A program made the translations under genes and the position numbers. The notes under the pieces were generated by a model, which was not told the DNA's origin, searched no databases, and saw only the letters and a program-made list of their open reading frames with translations. DNA of 64,000 bases, taken from assembly GCF_009914755.1 (NCBI RefSeq), contig NC_060930.1. One strand, 5' to 3'. Source of the stretch: the human T2T-CHM13v2.0 reference genome, Homo sapiens. Below, piece after piece: positions 35,545 through 50,892 of this stretch (its first letter is position 1; each line of letters begins with the position of its first letter).

Positions 35545-38220
35545 GACCTACAGCATCTTCCTTCTCTCTAAAGAACTTTTAGCATTTCTTGGCAGGCAGA
35601 TCTACTGGTGTTAAATTCCCTCAATTTTTGTCTAAGAAAGTCTTTATTTCTCCTTTACTTTAAAAAATTGATGTAAAATAATTGTATAATAATTGTACAT
35701 ATTTATGGGATACACAGTGATGTTTTAATGCAAATAACGCATAATGATCAAATCAAGATAATTAGCATATTCATCACATCGACCTCCTTCAATTTTAAGG
35801 GATAATTTTACTGGACACAGAATTCTAAGTTGGTGAGTTTTTTCTTGCTTGCTTGTATGGTTTTTGAACAGAAGTCTGATGTAGTTTTTATCCTTGTCCC
35901 TTTATAATAAGGTGTTTTATTTCCTCTGGCTTCTTTCAAGGTTTTCTCTTTGATTTTCCTGTAGTTTGACTATGATATATATAAGTGCATATAACCTGTT
36001 CAGTGTTCTCTCGGTTTCCTGGATCCTTCATTTTGTGTCTATTATTAATTTTAGAAAATTCTCAGCCATTATTACTTCAAATACTTCTTCTGTTCCTTTC
36101 TTTCTTCCCCTTTTGGTATTCCCATTATGCGTGTCTTTTTAAACCCTCCCACAGTTTTTGCATATTCCGTTCTATGGCTTTCATTCTTTTTTCTCTTTGT
36201 TTTCAGTTCAAGAAGTTTCTATTGACATATCTTCAAGCTCACTGATTTTCCTCAGCCGTTTTCGAGCTACTGATGAGCCCGTCAAAGGCATTTTTAAATT
36301 TCTGTTAGAGTGTTTTTGATTTGTAGCATTTCCTTTTGATCTTTTCTTGAGTTTCCGTAACAGCGCAATGGGTTCATCTTGCTCACTGCCCAAAAAGCCA
36401 AGAGCAGTGAGAACAAGAAGTATTGCAGAAGTAAGAGTTTAATTATTGCAGAGGCGGCCAGACGAGGACCGGGAGAGATGTCTCAAACCCGTCTCTCCAA
36501 GAATTTGGAGACGAGCGGTTTTTTTAATGGTACTTTGCCAGGCAGGGGGCTGGGAAACTGAAACAATTGAGGAAATCGCGGAATTGTTTAGAACTGTCTT
36601 TATCCAGCTGGGAGGGGGACTCAGGACCAGGTAGGTGGCAGCTCTTGGTTGACCAAAGTGCTAAATCTGAAAAATGTCTCAAAGACCAGTTCCCCTTCAG
36701 TTTCACAACAGTGATGCTATCTGTAGGAGTAGTTGGGAAATTTATAAATCTTGCAACCCTGGGTTCCATGACTCTGGATCAGGAAGCAACTTATGGAAAA
36801 ACAAGCTGAATGATGACGGGTCACTGTTTAACTCTGCCACCTCTTCTTCAGCAAAATTCAACACCCTACCAGAATTCTAACTTTGTCTTATGAATGTGGC
36901 TTCAACCTCCGAACAAGGAGATGGGTTAGTTTTCCTTGCCTCAAAGTTGAGCTATAAACAAAATTCCTCTCATAGTTATCTTGGCCTCTATACTAGATTA
37001 AGCAAAAAACCAATTTAGCCTGTGAAGTTAGAAGCAAGATGGAGTTAGTCACGTTACATTTCTCTCCTTACTTACAATTCTGCAAATTTCTTTTCTCTGC
37101 TTACATTGCCCATCTGTTCTTTCATATGATCCACTTTTTCCATTAGAGCCCTTAGCCTATTATTCACAGGTACTTTAAATTTCTGGTCTGATAATTCCAG
37201 AATCTCAGGCATAACCGAGTCTGGCTCTGATGCTTGTTCTGCGTCTTCAAGCTGTGTTGTTTCGCCTGTTCGTGTGTCATCATTTTTTGTTGAATTGCTA
37301 GACATGACTGGGTAGAAAGAACTGAGACAAGTACGCCTTTAGTGTGAAGTTGCTTCTCTGGCTGGGAGTTCAGCTGTCTACAGTTTGCTCTAGCTACAGG
37401 TGTTAGAGGCTAAAATTTCCTCTAATCCTCTTGTTTTTTCTCTCCTGTTGTCTTTGGGTTTTCCCAGAGACGTCTTAAATAAGGTCTAAAATTTGCATTT
37501 TTTTTGGCTGTCCTCTCCTGTTGCAAGAGCCCTATTGATGTGGTGCTGAGGTGTGGAGGGCAGGGAAGTGTTCTGTAGACCTATGATTAGGTCTCCATTT
37601 TGCAGAGCCTGTGCCTTGGGCTGCTTCTCAGCCAACCAGTACCCTTCTCTATCCCTGCTTAGGTGAGGCAGGAAGGCTAGAAGGGGCTGCAGCTGGGTGT
37701 TCTCCATCCCCTGGGTCGGCTAGGCTCTGGAAAACCATAAGGTAGTTAGCCTCCATGGTACAGCTTCCCTCCAGGGAGGGATTTTGTTAAGACACAATGT
37801 CCTGGATGTATTTCACAATGGTTACTTTTTCCCTTCCCTGAGGAAATCAGGAGAGAGCCTTTCTCTGGTGTTCTCTCTGAGCACCTGGTGGGGGCTCCCC
37901 TGGAGTTAGGCTTATGAAAGTGTGGGCCCCCTATAATGGGACCTTCCTAATGTTTATGTTTCAAGCTCATGCACACTGAGCCTCCAGCAATTTGGCAATT
38001 GCTATTTAGGTTTTCTTTCCCTGGTCCTGGCTCCAGTGGCCTCTGCTCCTGGTAAGCTATGATTGATTCGCTGTATTCACCTGCCTCTCCAAAGAGGTAG
38101 TGGTTTGTCCTGTGACCTCAATTCTCTGATAAACCTAAAAGTTGATTTTTAGTTTGTTCAACTTTTTTCTTGTAAGGACAGGAGTGACAGCTTCCAAGCT
38201 GGAAACGAGAAGTCTCATTT
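35545..38220 (-). mobile_element. Old L1M 5'/ORF1 region, fragmented
   Basis: ttttagcatttctt...aaattccctcaattttt...aaaattctcagccattattacttcaaata; ORF piece LELSDQKFKVPVNNRLRALMEKVDHMKEQMGNVSRE is L1M ORF1-like. Confidence 0.8.
36357..37088 (-). mobile_element. ERV1 LTR (LTR8/LTR26-like)
   Basis: gtaacagcgcaatgggttcatcttgctcactgccc...gttagaagcaagatggagttagtc...ttctgcaaa. Confidence 0.7.
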
Positions 38221-38276
38221 GGATTTTTTTTCAAGATTTTTTTTTCCTATTACAAATAATGATGACATGTGCATTC

Positions 38277-38705
38277 TGAAACCAGCCCAATTGGCCCATA
38301 GAACTAATATATATGGTTTTTTGAATAAACATGGAAATTGATCCTCCCTGATCTTAAAACTTCAAACTTACATTTGTCCCATCTGAGTTCCTTCCTCAAG
38401 AAACTGACCCTCAGGCAAAGAACGGAAACTCCTCAGATGGCCGCATCCAGACAACGAGATGCCAGACTCCTCGTCCATCGTGATTGCTTCCTTACCCCTT
38501 CCTAATTCCTGTTTTCCTGCCTTCCTCACTATATAAACCCCCCAATTTTAGTTGGTCAGGGAGACAGATTTGAGACTAACTTACTGTTCTTCCTGCTGCA
38601 GCACTCAATTAAAGCCTCCTTCCCTGGCAATACTCTTCTCAGTGATTGACTTTCTGTGCTGTGAGCAGCAGGTCCTAGACCAAACCCCAGATGTCCCAGT
38701 AACCA
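38277..38705 (+). mobile_element. MER66-type ERV1 LTR
   Basis: tgaaaccagcccaattggcccatag...catccagacaacgagatgccagac...cagtaacc. Confidence 0.75.
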
Positions 38706-38917
38706 TTATTGTACATGTCTTTTCTGATGCATACATTTCTGTTATCCCAGGAGTAAAATACATAGGTCCTAAATATGCTAATTTTAAAATCTAATACATG
38801 ACACCTAGCACTATATACTCCTTTCAGCACTAAGAGTTATTGCTCCATATCCTCGCCAACACTTAAAATTGTCAGTCTTTTTTATTTAGCTATCCTGGAG
38901 GATGTGTGGTGGTATCC

Positions 38918-39223
38918 CTTTTTTTTTTTTTATTTTTCTGAGACAAGAATTTCGCTCTGTCACCCAGGCTGGAGTGCAGTGGCGTGATCTTGGCTCACTG
39001 CAACCTCTACCTCCCAGGTTCAAGCTATTCTCATGCCTCAGCCTCCCCATGTAACAGGGATTACAGGTGCCTGCCACCACACCAAGCTAGTTTTTGTATT
39101 TTTAGTAGAAACGGGGTTTTGCCATGTTGGCCAGGCTGGTCTTGAACTCCTGACCTCAAGTGATCTTCCTGCCTTGGCCTCCTGAAATGTTGGGATTACA
39201 GGCATGAGCCACTGCACCTGGCC
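38918..39223 (-). mobile_element. Alu
   Basis: Full dimer. Confidence 0.95.
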
Positions 39224-39403
39224 TCATTGATTTTAATTTGGTATCTTTTCACTTTTTCATTAGATATTTTTTTCTTACTGATTCATAGTGTTTACATATT
39301 CTGGATGTGAGCCCTTTGTCAGTTATATGTGTTGTATCTACTCCCACTCTGTTACTTACCTCTTCACTTCCTTAGGGGTGTCTTCTGATAAACAGGAGTT
39401 CTT

Positions 39404-42220
39404 TTTTCTTTTAACTTTTATTTTAGGTTCAGGGCTACATGTGCATGTTTGTTATGTTAGGTAAATTCATGACATGGGGTGTTGTCGTGCAGATTATTTT
39501 GTCACCCAGGTATTAAGCTTAGTACCCATTAGTTATTTTTCCTGATCTTCTCCCTTCTCCCATCCTCCACCCTCTGGTAGGCCCCAGTGTCTGTTGCTCT
39601 CCTCTTTGTGTGCATATGTTCTCATCGTTTAGCTCCCACTTATAAGTGAGAACATGCAGTATTTGGTTTTCTGTCCTGCATTAGTTTGCTAAGGATAATG
39701 ATCTCCAGCTCCATTCATGTTCCTGCAAAAGACATGATCTAGTTCTATTTTTACGGCTGCATAGTATTCCATGGTGGATATGTACCATATTTTCTTTATC
39801 CAGTCTACCATTGATGGGCATTTAGGTTGATTCCCTGTCTTTGCTATTGTGAATAGTGTTGCAACGAACATACAAATGCATGTGTCTTTACGACAGAAAG
39901 ACTTCTATTCCTTTGGGTATATACCCAGTAATGGGATTGCTGGGTTGGATGCTATTTCTGTTTTTAAGTCTTTGAAGAATTGCTACACTGTTTTCCACAA
40001 TGGTTGGTCTAATTTACATACCTACCAATGGCATATAATTGTTTCCTTTTTCTCCCCAACCCTGCCAGCATTTGTTATTTTTTGACTTTTTAATAATAGT
40101 AATTTTGACTGATGTGAGATGATATCTCATTGTGGTTTTGATTTGCATTTCTCTAATGATCAGTGATGTTGAGCTTTCTTTCATATGCCTGTTGGCCACA
40201 AGTATGTCTTCTTTTGAAAAGTATCTATTCATGTATTTCATCCACTTTTTAATGGGGCTGTTTGGTTTTTATTTGTTAATTTAAGTTGCTTATAGATACT
40301 GGATATTAAATCTTTGTCAGATGCATAGTTTGCAAATATTTTCTCCCATTCTGTAGGTTGCCTGTTCACTCTGTTGATGTTTTCCTTTGCTGTGCAGAAG
40401 CTTTTTGGTTTAATTAGATCCCATTTGTCAATTTTTCCTGTTGTTGCAATTGCTTTTGGTGTCTTCATCATGAAATATTTGCCTGTTGCTATATACAGAA
40501 TGGTATTGCCTAGGTTGTCTTCCAGGGCTTTTATAGTTTGGGGATGTTACATTTAAGTCTTTAATCCATCTTGAGTTGATTTTTTTATATGGTGTAAGGA
40601 AGGGGTCCAGTTTCAATCTTTTGCATATGGTTAGCAAGTTATCCCAGCACAATGTATGGAATAGAGAATCCTTTCCTCACTGCTTGTTTTTGTTTGCTTT
40701 GTCAAAGATCAGATGGTTGTAGGTGTGCAGCCTGCAGCCTTATTTCTGGGCTTTCTATTCTGCTCCATTGGTCTATGTATCTGTGTTTGTACCAATATAC
40801 CATGCTGTTTTGGTTGCTGTAGCCCTGTAGTATAGTTGAAGTCAGGTAGCATGATACCTTCAGCTTTGTTTCTTTTTTTTCTTTTTTCTTTTTTTTTTTT
40901 TTTTTTTGCTTCAGATTGCCTTAGCTATTTGGGCTCTTTTTTGGTTCCATATGAATTTTAAAAGTTTTTTCTAGTTCTTTGAAGAATGTCATTGGTAGTT
41001 TGATAGGAATAGCAATGAATCTATAAATTGCTTTGGGCAGTATGGCCATTTTAATGATATTGATTCTTCCTATCCATGAGCATAGAATGTTGTTCCATTT
41101 GTTTGTGTCATCTCTGACTTCTTTGAGAAGCATTTTGTAGTTCTCCTTATAGAGCTCTTTCACCTCCCTGGTTAGCTGCCTTCCTAGGTATTTTTTGTGT
41201 GTGTGCCAATTGCGAATGGGATTGCATTCCTGATTTGGCTGTTGGCTTGACTGTTGTTACTGTATAGGAATGCTAGTGACTTTAGTACATAGATTTTGTA
41301 TTCTGAGACTTTGTTGAAGTTGTTTATCAGCTTAAGGAGTTTTTGGGCTGAGACTATAGGGTTTTCTAGATATAGAATCATGTCATCTGCAAACAGGGAC
41401 AGTTTGACTTCTCTTCCGATTTGGATGCCCTTTCTTTTTTTCTCTTGCCTGGTTGCTCTGGCTTGTTCTTCCAATACAATGTTGAATAGGAGTGGTGAGA
41501 GCGGGCATCCTTCTCTTATGCCAGTTCTCGAGGGGAATGATTCCAGCTTTTCCCCATTCAGTATGATGTTGGCTGTAGGTTTATCATGGATGGCTCTTAT
41601 TATTTTGAGATATGTTCCTTCAATACCTCGTTTATTGAGTTTTTGACATGAAAGGGTATTGAATTTTATCAAAAGCCTTTTCTGCATATATTGAGATAAT
41701 CATGTGGTTTTTGTCTTTAGTTCTGTTTATGAGATAAGTCACATTTATTGATTTGAGTATGTTAAATCAACCTTTTACCCCAGGGATAAACCCTACTTGA
41801 TCGTGATGAATAAGCTTCTTGATGTGCTGTTGGATTTGGTTTGCCTGCATTTTGTTGAGGATTTTTGCATGGATGTTCATCAAGAATACTGGCCTTAAGC
41901 TTTATTTTTTTGTGGTGTCTCTGCCAGGTTTTGGTGTCAGAATAATGCTAGCCTCATAGAAAAAGTGAGGGAGGAGTCCCTCCTCAATTTTTTTGAATAG
42001 TTTCAGTAGGAATGATACCGCTTCTTCTTATACATCTGGTAGTATCTGGCTGTGAATCTATCTTGGACTGGCCTTTTTGTAGTCAGTAGGCTATTTATTA
42101 CTGATTTAATTTCAGAGTCTGTTCAGGGATTCAATTTCTTCCTGCTTTCGTCTTGGGAGGGTATATGTGTCCAGGAATTTATCCATTTATTCTAGATTTT
42201 CTAGTTTGTATGCATAGAGG
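39404..42220 (-). mobile_element. 5'-truncated primate L1 (old L1PA/L1PB), 2.8 kb
   Basis: ORF2 RT pieces [33 protein letters not shown]; primate L1 3' UTR; 18-bp TSD tgataaacagga(g/a)ttctt at 39386-39403 and 42221-42238. Confidence 0.95.
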
Positions 42221-42382
42221 TGATAAACAGGAATTCTTAATTTGAATGTAGTCCAATTCGCCAATCTCTTTCTTTATAAGTACTGTTTTTTTTGGTGATC
42301 TGTTTAAGAAATCTTCCTCTAACTTGATATTATAAAAATAATGTATCTTCTCTTATGTGCTATTTGTTAAACATTCATATTC

Positions 42383-42684
42383 TTTTTTTTTTTTTTTTTT
42401 TTTTTTTTTGAGATGGAGTCTCTGTCTCCCAGGCTGGAGTGCAGTGGTGCAATCTTGGCTGACTGCAATCTCCACTTCCATGGTTCAAGCAATTCTTGTA
42501 CCTCAGCCTTCTGAGTAACTGAGGCCACAGATACGCCACCACACTCCCCTAATTTTTGTATTTTTAGTAGAGAAAGAGTTTTGCCATGTTGGACAGGCTG
42601 GTCTCAAACTACTGGACTCAAGCAATCTGCCTGCTTCTGCCTCCCAAAGTTTTGGGATTACAGGCATGAGCCACTGTGGCCCAC
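42383..42684 (-). mobile_element. Alu
   Basis: Full dimer; TSD taaacatt(c/t)at. Confidence 0.93.
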
Positions 42685-42779
42685 CTAAACATTTATTTTT
42701 AAAGTTACTTTCTGAAATTGATTGTTGTAGATGGTATATGTTCCAAGGTTTTCTTTTTTTTATATAGTTGTTCAAATGA

Positions 42780-43469
<690 letters not shown>

Positions 43470-44072
43470 TAGATCACATACCTACATATGTGTGGCTCTG
43501 TTTTTGGACTTTGATTTTTCCATTGCTCTCTTTTCTATTCTTGTTTCAATGTTACTGTGTTAATTCTTGTGGCTTTATATTAAGTCTTAGTTTCTCTCGA
43601 GTGCTTTATTTTTTAGTTCTTTAAGGATGTCTTGGCTTTTCTTGGCCTTTTGCGTCTTGCATAAATTTTAGAATCAGGTTGCTAATTTGCTGAGAGTAGC
43701 AAGAAGGAGTGCCCCATTCATGGCCTTGTACTTTGAGGATTTTAATGGGTTGCAAGGAACTCATTTTGTGAGCAGCGATGAATCTGCTTCAGATAAAGTA
43801 AATCAGAGCTGGAAGTAGGGCAGGGTTCTTCATGCTAGCCTGGGGCTGCATAACTCAATGAACACTGGCTGAGGCAACAATGGGTCTTTTGTGATGAAAC
43901 TGGTACCTACTCAGGCTATGGGGCCTGAGGTTTCATCATACATCATTGGGTTTATTAAAGCTTAAAAGTGATCTAATAATTAACATGCCAGCTACTAGTT
44001 ATTTGTTGAGTTTTTTTCCTTTTTAGTCAGGGAAAATGAGAGTGAGGGAAAAGGAAAAGGAAGCAACCCTAA

Positions 44073-44390
<318 letters not shown>

Positions 44391-44544
44391 CAAATGGGTA
44401 ATTTAGTTGCATAAGGTCTTTCCTTCATAATCTAATTAGAAAACTTTGGGGCAGGACTCCAAGGCTTACTTTTGACCCTCATTCCACTCCTGCCCTACTC
44501 TTCATTGTTCTAAAAAATGGAAAAACAGGTTGATTACATATACT

Positions 44545-44662
44545 ATTTAAGTTCCATGAAAGCAAGAAATGTGTCTATCTGGTTCACTGATGTATCTCCA
44601 GGGCTTAGAACAGTGCCCGGTGCATAGTTGATTCTCAATAAATATCAATGGAATAAATAAAA
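44545..44662 (+). mobile_element. L2 3' end fragment
   Basis: ttcactgatgtatctccagggcttagaacagtgcccggtgcatagttgattctcaataaata. Confidence 0.75.
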
Positions 44663-45349
44663 TGTTCCACATTGCCTTGCTTCAAACTTCTAAAAAAATT
44701 AATAATAGCTTCTAACTAACCGCGACTTCTGGTAAACTTCATACCAGTTGCCCTTGTGTTACGTATTTGTTTTTAAAACAGCAATTCATTTATCTAGGTT
44801 TATGAAAAAATGAAAATAAACACTATGTTGTGGGGGCCCACTTGTTCAGTGTCCAGTGATATCAAACAACCTTAAATTCTAACCATAAATTATTTTGATA
44901 ATATGTGTAAACATTCTGTTAGCCAAATGTGTCTATTAATCCAGGCTTTGCAGGCTTAACCCAAACAATTTGAGCAGGTGAAAGAAACAAGCCAACTAGA
45001 CAGACTTCTCAATACTGGGGCAAGGACATGCTTCAGAGACGTAGATCACAGGGTTGAAGGGCACCCTCCTAGGAAACACCTCCCACCCCACCTTTTCAGG
45101 CATCAGTTTCTGCCTCTGTTGATTCAGAGAAGAGTTCCCAGTGGTGTGACTCAGACAGGCCCTCTGAGAAAGTAGACTGTGCCTTCTCACTGTCCAGGCT
45201 CCAGGAGGAGGTGCTGGGCCCAAGGGCAGCCCATTTAGAGCTGAGACCCTATCTCAGAAGAGGAACTGATGTGAGATCTCAACTCAGCAAGAAGGAGGGT
45301 GACTATCTGAAGCAATGGGATGCTTTCTTTGTGGGAATTTGAATTTGAG

Positions 45350-45912
45350 ATAAAGGGGATGAGAGTTTGCCACTCCATAAGATGCCGCTTTGGCATAAAC
45401 ATTGCTTTGCCGAAGGAAATCAAGAAACAGCAGACACAAGATGAGCTCTCTACCTGCCCCCTTTCTGCCTAAAAGCAGAACATAAATTCCCTTTGTGAAG
45501 ATATTCCCCTTGTCCTCTCCCATGTCAGGAAGAGATGATGCTTACCAGACACCAATCTGAATCTGCATAAGCAAACCTTATTAAAATAACACTTACTTCC
45601 CATAATTTCCCCCATATATTTACCTTCCCACGGTTTACTGCTCCTAGAAGCGCAAGCACTTTCATTTATTCACTTCTCCACAAATTTACTGTCCTTTGTT
45701 AACATGGTATATAAGCTCTCAGCCCTAACCACTTTTTTGGGTTTTCACTTCCTTTTGTGTGAGACCTTCCTGTGCACATGTAAAAATTAAAATACTAACA
45801 TCACATATAATTTGTGTGCCTTTTCTCCTGTTAACCTATCTTTTGTCAGTTTAATCTGCAGAGTCCCAAACACTGAACCTAAGAGCATATAGGAAAAAGT
45901 TTTTCCCCTGCA
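45350..45912 (+). mobile_element. MER34-group ERV1 LTR
   Basis: gatgccgctttggcataa...ttctgcctaaaagcagaacataaattccc...ttttctcctgttaacctatcttttgtcagtttaat. Confidence 0.7.
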
Positions 45913-46207
45913 GAGACCTGTAGAAGTCCCTGTTGATGCTTGTTAGCGTGGGCAGAAGTGTAAGACAAGGGAGAGAGTAGTGGTCGAAGTAATGAGTCAG
46001 GACAAGCCCTGGCAAAAAAGGCTGCACTTGCTGGGTTTCCACAGCAGCAGCCTCAGCTCCAGAAGTGGCAAACTCCTGCCGACACGGAGACAGCTAGTTA
46101 GTGATTCACGGAGCTGCTATCAGAAAGCCAAGCCCAGCGCTGTCTGTGAATGACCTTCCTTTTAGGCCCCACTTAGCCTGGTGAGGCTGTTTCTGCTCTT
46201 TCCCCTC

Positions 46208-46564
46208 TGAAATGGTTTGGCGGTGTCCCCACCCAAATCTCATCTGGAATTGTAGCTCCTATAATTCAAGATTATGTGGGAGAGGCCCAGTGGGAAATAA
46301 TTGAATCATGGGGGCAGTTTCCCCCATACTGCTCTCATGGTAGTGAGTAAGTCCTACAAGATCTGGTTTTATAAGGGGAAACCCCTTTTGCTTGGCTCTG
46401 GTATTCTCTTGCTGCTGCCATGTAAGAAGTGCCTGTCACCTTCCACCATAATTGTGAGGCCTCCCCAGCCATGTGGAACTGTGAGTCCATTAAACCTCTT
46501 TTTCTCTATAAATTACCCAGTCTCGGGTATGTCTTTATCAGCAGTGTGAAAATGGACTAATATA
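46208..46564 (+). mobile_element. THE1 (THE1C-like) MaLR solo LTR
   Basis: tgaaatggtttggcggtgtccccacccaaatctcatc...aattacccagtctcgggtatgtctttatcagcagtgtgaaaatggactaata. Confidence 0.92.
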
Positions 46565-47447
46565 CCTTCCTACCTCCTTAGCTAACTTGGAAAAACCTTA
46601 TTAATACCTGCATACATTAAGATCTCTCTGGCTCCAATATTCTATAATTAGACTGAGCAGGGTAAAAACTCATTAATTCAGACTGCTTTATCCACATTTC
46701 TAGTTATTTCATTTAGACTAAGCTGAAGTTTAATTTTGCTCAGCAAAAGAGGAATTGTTTAAAATGTTTAAGGGAACAAGCTGTTAATTTTATATATTAA
46801 TTTCAAATGATTTTATCTACTTATTAAAAACTTATAACTCGGAAAGCCTCAATTCAGTAGCATGAATAAATATTGTTAACTTTTAGACATTTTTTCAACA
46901 CATATTTACTGATCCTTTCTATGGGCCAGGCTTTGTGCTAAGTACCGGAACATAAAAACATGGAATTGATCAAATAGGCATGATACTGTACATTAATTTA
47001 AATAATAAAATAACAGTGTAACATAGGATATTATCTTACAGTGTTGGTTTTTGCTAGCTCCCAATACATGTCTATATGTGCACACATATACAAATATACA
47101 TATATACACATATGTGTGTATAGATAGAAAGAAAAGAAAGGGCCTGCCCTGAAGCAGCTCAGAGGCTGGTGGGGGAGGCGGAGGAGTGTGTGACCGATCC
47201 CGCTGCTGCGATGCGCGCTGAGCCAGAGGTGTGTGCAGGGCATGTCACCTGGCGCTGAAGAAAAGATTCCCAGCCGCCCTAGGGGAGGGTCCAGAGAGAC
47301 TTCCTGGGCATCACTGGGGCTGAGGCTTAAAGGATGGATCTGGGTGACTAGATGGAGAGGAGAGGGCACCCCAGGAAAAGCATCTTCAGGCAACTACAGA
47401 GAGTTCAATGGGACTGGAGCCCCCAGGGCAGGGATAGAGGGAAGCAC

Positions 47448-48998
47448 AGCTGATTCTTGTGATTCGAGGTAGGTAGTTATGTTCTGTGAATGTGCCTCAA
47501 ACCCAGAACTAATGAATACTGAACTATTTCTCCTGGGGAAAGCACAGGTTAGGTTCTGTGAGCGTCTGGTCACAACGTTTTCATGAGCTGAAACACCATT
47601 TGTGTTACATACGTTTGTTTATCAACATCCTAGTAGAACACACAGGTCTCATCAGCATTGAGAACCTCCCCTACCACATAACCCTTTTCCTGTATAGCAC
47701 TCAGAAGGCGTTTTTACAATTCTCCCACAGCCTCCTGATCTGCAGAACCCGCCTCGCCTGCAGGTTTAACCTTTTTCACGTTGTATCACCTTCTGGAACA
47801 TGCGAGCCAGTCAGCGCTAGCTGAGAAGGGCTTGACATTTTCCTGACTTTGGCTTTCAGCCTCACAACACTTTTTTGTTTTAATCACACATTGTCTCACA
47901 AATCCACAAATTTAACCGCTTTTCCATTTTTCCCACAGTTTTGTCACCTACTATAGATGCTACTTTAGCACTTTCTGGTGGGAAGAGGTGATTTGCCTCA
48001 ATGTACCTGGCTGTTGCTTCATTAACACTGAACTTAATGCCAAAAGCACAGCAACTTACGCTGAAGGCACCTCATCCAGCACAGGTACTGTCTCCACAGG
48101 CACATCGCAGCCTCCTGCACTCAGAGACAGTAGACAGCACTTCAGCACCGTGCCTGGGGGCATTTTAAACAGCAAAATCACCAACAAAAGTACAAAAATG
48201 CAAAAGCGTGGCTCTATACAGGGTGCAGAATGGACATTTGTTTACGGTTTGAGAGCTGGAACAAGGCGGCAGAGCATCGTCCTATACAGCCTCAGCTGAG
48301 ATTTTGCACATCGAGTAATTCAAATGTTTCACCACTCTGCATGTCTGCAAATGACCACAAAAGTGCTGCGAGTGCTGAGTTGGGGGTGTTGTTTTGGAAA
48401 CTCTCGGGTGGGCCTAGTTAACTAGCTCCTCCAGGGGGGACTTTTCCCTTTCCATCTGATGATGTTAAAGATGAGTATTCAGAAACATCAGCTGCTCAGT
48501 TTATTCTCACAGCACTCTTCTTCTAAGACGGATAGCAGGACAGGCTGGTGGCACGGGCTGGACACAGTCAGGGGTTGGATAACCACCTGACCAGGAGGGT
48601 CCCCATCTAGAGACCATTCTCAGAGTTTGGAGGATTCATCTCCTTTCTTATACCTGTATTCAGTCTGGGTCAGTCATCAGGTATTTCTTTCACAGAGTTT
48701 AAGCTATTCCTCTAAGTGTCAGATTCGTTGTAAGATTTATGAGAGTTGCATCTGTGCTGAGGTGATCTCATCCCCTGGAAATCTAGGGCCAAGACTGGAA
48801 ACGCCAGGGCCAGGCTGCATCACACTGCTATGTGACACATAGTGTCAACCCTGTGAAGTGTCTGAGTGGGCCTATGGCTATCATTGGCCATACAGTCACA
48901 ATATGTCCTTACAGTATCTTAAATGGAGTTATAAAAAGTCTTTAGTGGATAGTTGATTTCAAAAATATGGAATCCATGAATAATGAGGGTTAACTATA
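47448..48998. mobile_element. Tigger7/MER44 element with longer internal sequence, interrupted at ~48386-48900 by an LTR-like insert
   Basis: Ends match 12041-13023; extra internal segment at ~47600-48000. Confidence 0.7.
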
Positions 48999-49930
48999 TT
49001 TGCAAATCATTTATCTGAAAAGGAATGTATCCAGAACACAGAAATAACTCTTACAAGATCAATAAGAAGATAAATAACCTCATTTTTTAAATTTCGCAAA
49101 AGATTTGAACAGACACATTACCAAAGATAATATTTGAATGGCAAATAAGATGCTCAAAATCAATAGGGAAATGCAAATGAAAACCACAACAAGATAGGAC
49201 TACATACTCAATAAAGTGGCTAAAATTAATTCAACTGACAACGTCAAGTATTTTTGAGGCTGTAGAACCCCTGGAAGCCTCACACATGCCGGTGGAAATT
49301 TAAAATGGTAAATGGTACAGCCACTCTGCAAAACAGTTTGCAATTTCTTACAAAACTAAACATAAACCTATTATGTGACTCAGAAACACTCCTAGGAATT
49401 TACATGAGAGAAATGAACACATGTAACCACACAATGACTTGTATATCAACGTTCATAGCAGCTTTATTCAAATAGCCAAAACTTGGAAATGAATGTTCTT
49501 CAACTGGCAAATGGGTAAACAAATTGTATATATTCATACAATGGAATACTACTCAGCAGTAAAAGGAGAAAACTGCTGATACACGCAGCAATGCGTGATG
49601 CATGATGAATCTCAGAAGCATTATGCTAAGTGATGGCAGCCAGACACAAAAGATTACATATGCCATGATCTCACTTTATGAAACTGTACAAAAATCAAAA
49701 CTAAAATAACATAAAGTAGATCAGTGATTGCCAGAGGCCAGGGAGTGGAGGAAGAGAATGAGGGCAAAGCAGCAGAAGGAAATTTTCCGAGGTAGTGGGA
49801 AATACTCTATGTGTTGATTATGGCTGTGGCTACCCGACCATGTACATTTGCCAAATAGCACAAATTGTATGGCTTAAAACGTAACACCTCAATTGAGATG
49901 CTTAAAAACCAAAAATATTATGATGAGCAA
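48998..49930 (+). mobile_element. Old L1M 3' end
   Basis: tttgcaaatcatttatctg...gggaaatgcaaatgaaaaccacaac...caatggaatactactcagcagtaaaagg. Confidence 0.85.
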
Positions 49931-50254
49931 AAGAAACCAAAATCAATACTAAAGCAAAACAAACAAAACAAAAAGACTTAAGCCTATAAAGCTTTATAGA
50001 TTTATAAGAGAAAAACAAACAGCCACCCAATTTTGGAAGCTGGAAAGCAGATGGGCAAGTGGTAACTGACTTAGCAGACCTAAGAAAGCCATTCCCAAGT
50101 CAGCTCCAAGATAAACTGGAAAACAGCTTGATTCGCATTGCCTGAAGGATCAGATACTGGCAGATCCAGGCATCTCTTGTAGGGGTAAAAATGGGGCCCA
50201 AAACAGGAAGACTGGCACGAAGTCTATTTGAGAAGCAGTTTAACACCCAGATGT

Positions 50255-50440
50255 AGGGTTGCCAGATAATATAGGATACCCAGTTAAATCTGAATTTCAG
50301 ATAAGGAATGAATAATTTTCTGAGTATAAGTGTGTCGCAAATATTGCATGAGGCACACTTATGTTAAACAATTACTTGTTATCTGAAATTTAAATGTAAG
50401 TGGGTGCCTGCATTTTGATTTGCTAAGTCTGTCGACTCTG
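50255..50440. mobile_element. MER53 palindromic hAT MITE
   Basis: tagggttgccagat...acccagttaaatctgaatttcagataa...ttatctgaaatttaaat...gctaagtctg. Confidence 0.8.
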
Positions 50441-50853
50441 CTCAGATGGCCTCTCCTACTTTGACAGAAGTGTGGAGATAATAAAACAGTGTTGTACAAG
50501 CACAGTTGAGTTTGAAGATACTGGATGGAAAACAAGAGGAATGATGGGAAGTTTCTCTAATTGATGTCTAGACCTTCAACAACTTCCCAGAGAACTGAGA
50601 GCGAGGCCTATTATCTCCAGGTTGAAGTCTGGAAGATTCTTCCCTGGGGAAGATGACCAGCTCAAGGCAAAAGACCTACAAATATTGACTTTGGAAGTTC
50701 TCCAATAAAATGACTCTATTAGGCCACCCTGCAGTGAAGACCATAGTTGACAAACTTCCCACGCACACAGAATTGTCAATCAGCTTCACAGGCTCCACTC
50801 TTACAAAGGAAGATAGCCTGGAGCACCAGATGTGTGAGCAGCCAATATGAAAG

Positions 50854-50889
<36 letters not shown>

Positions 50890-50892
50890 ACA
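50854..50892. repeat. (CA)n microsatellite
   Basis: gcgcgcacacaca... Confidence 0.95.

Noticed and set aside
39689-41687. Reverse transcriptase-like ORFs
   Set aside because: Broken ORF2 of an ordinary truncated L1.
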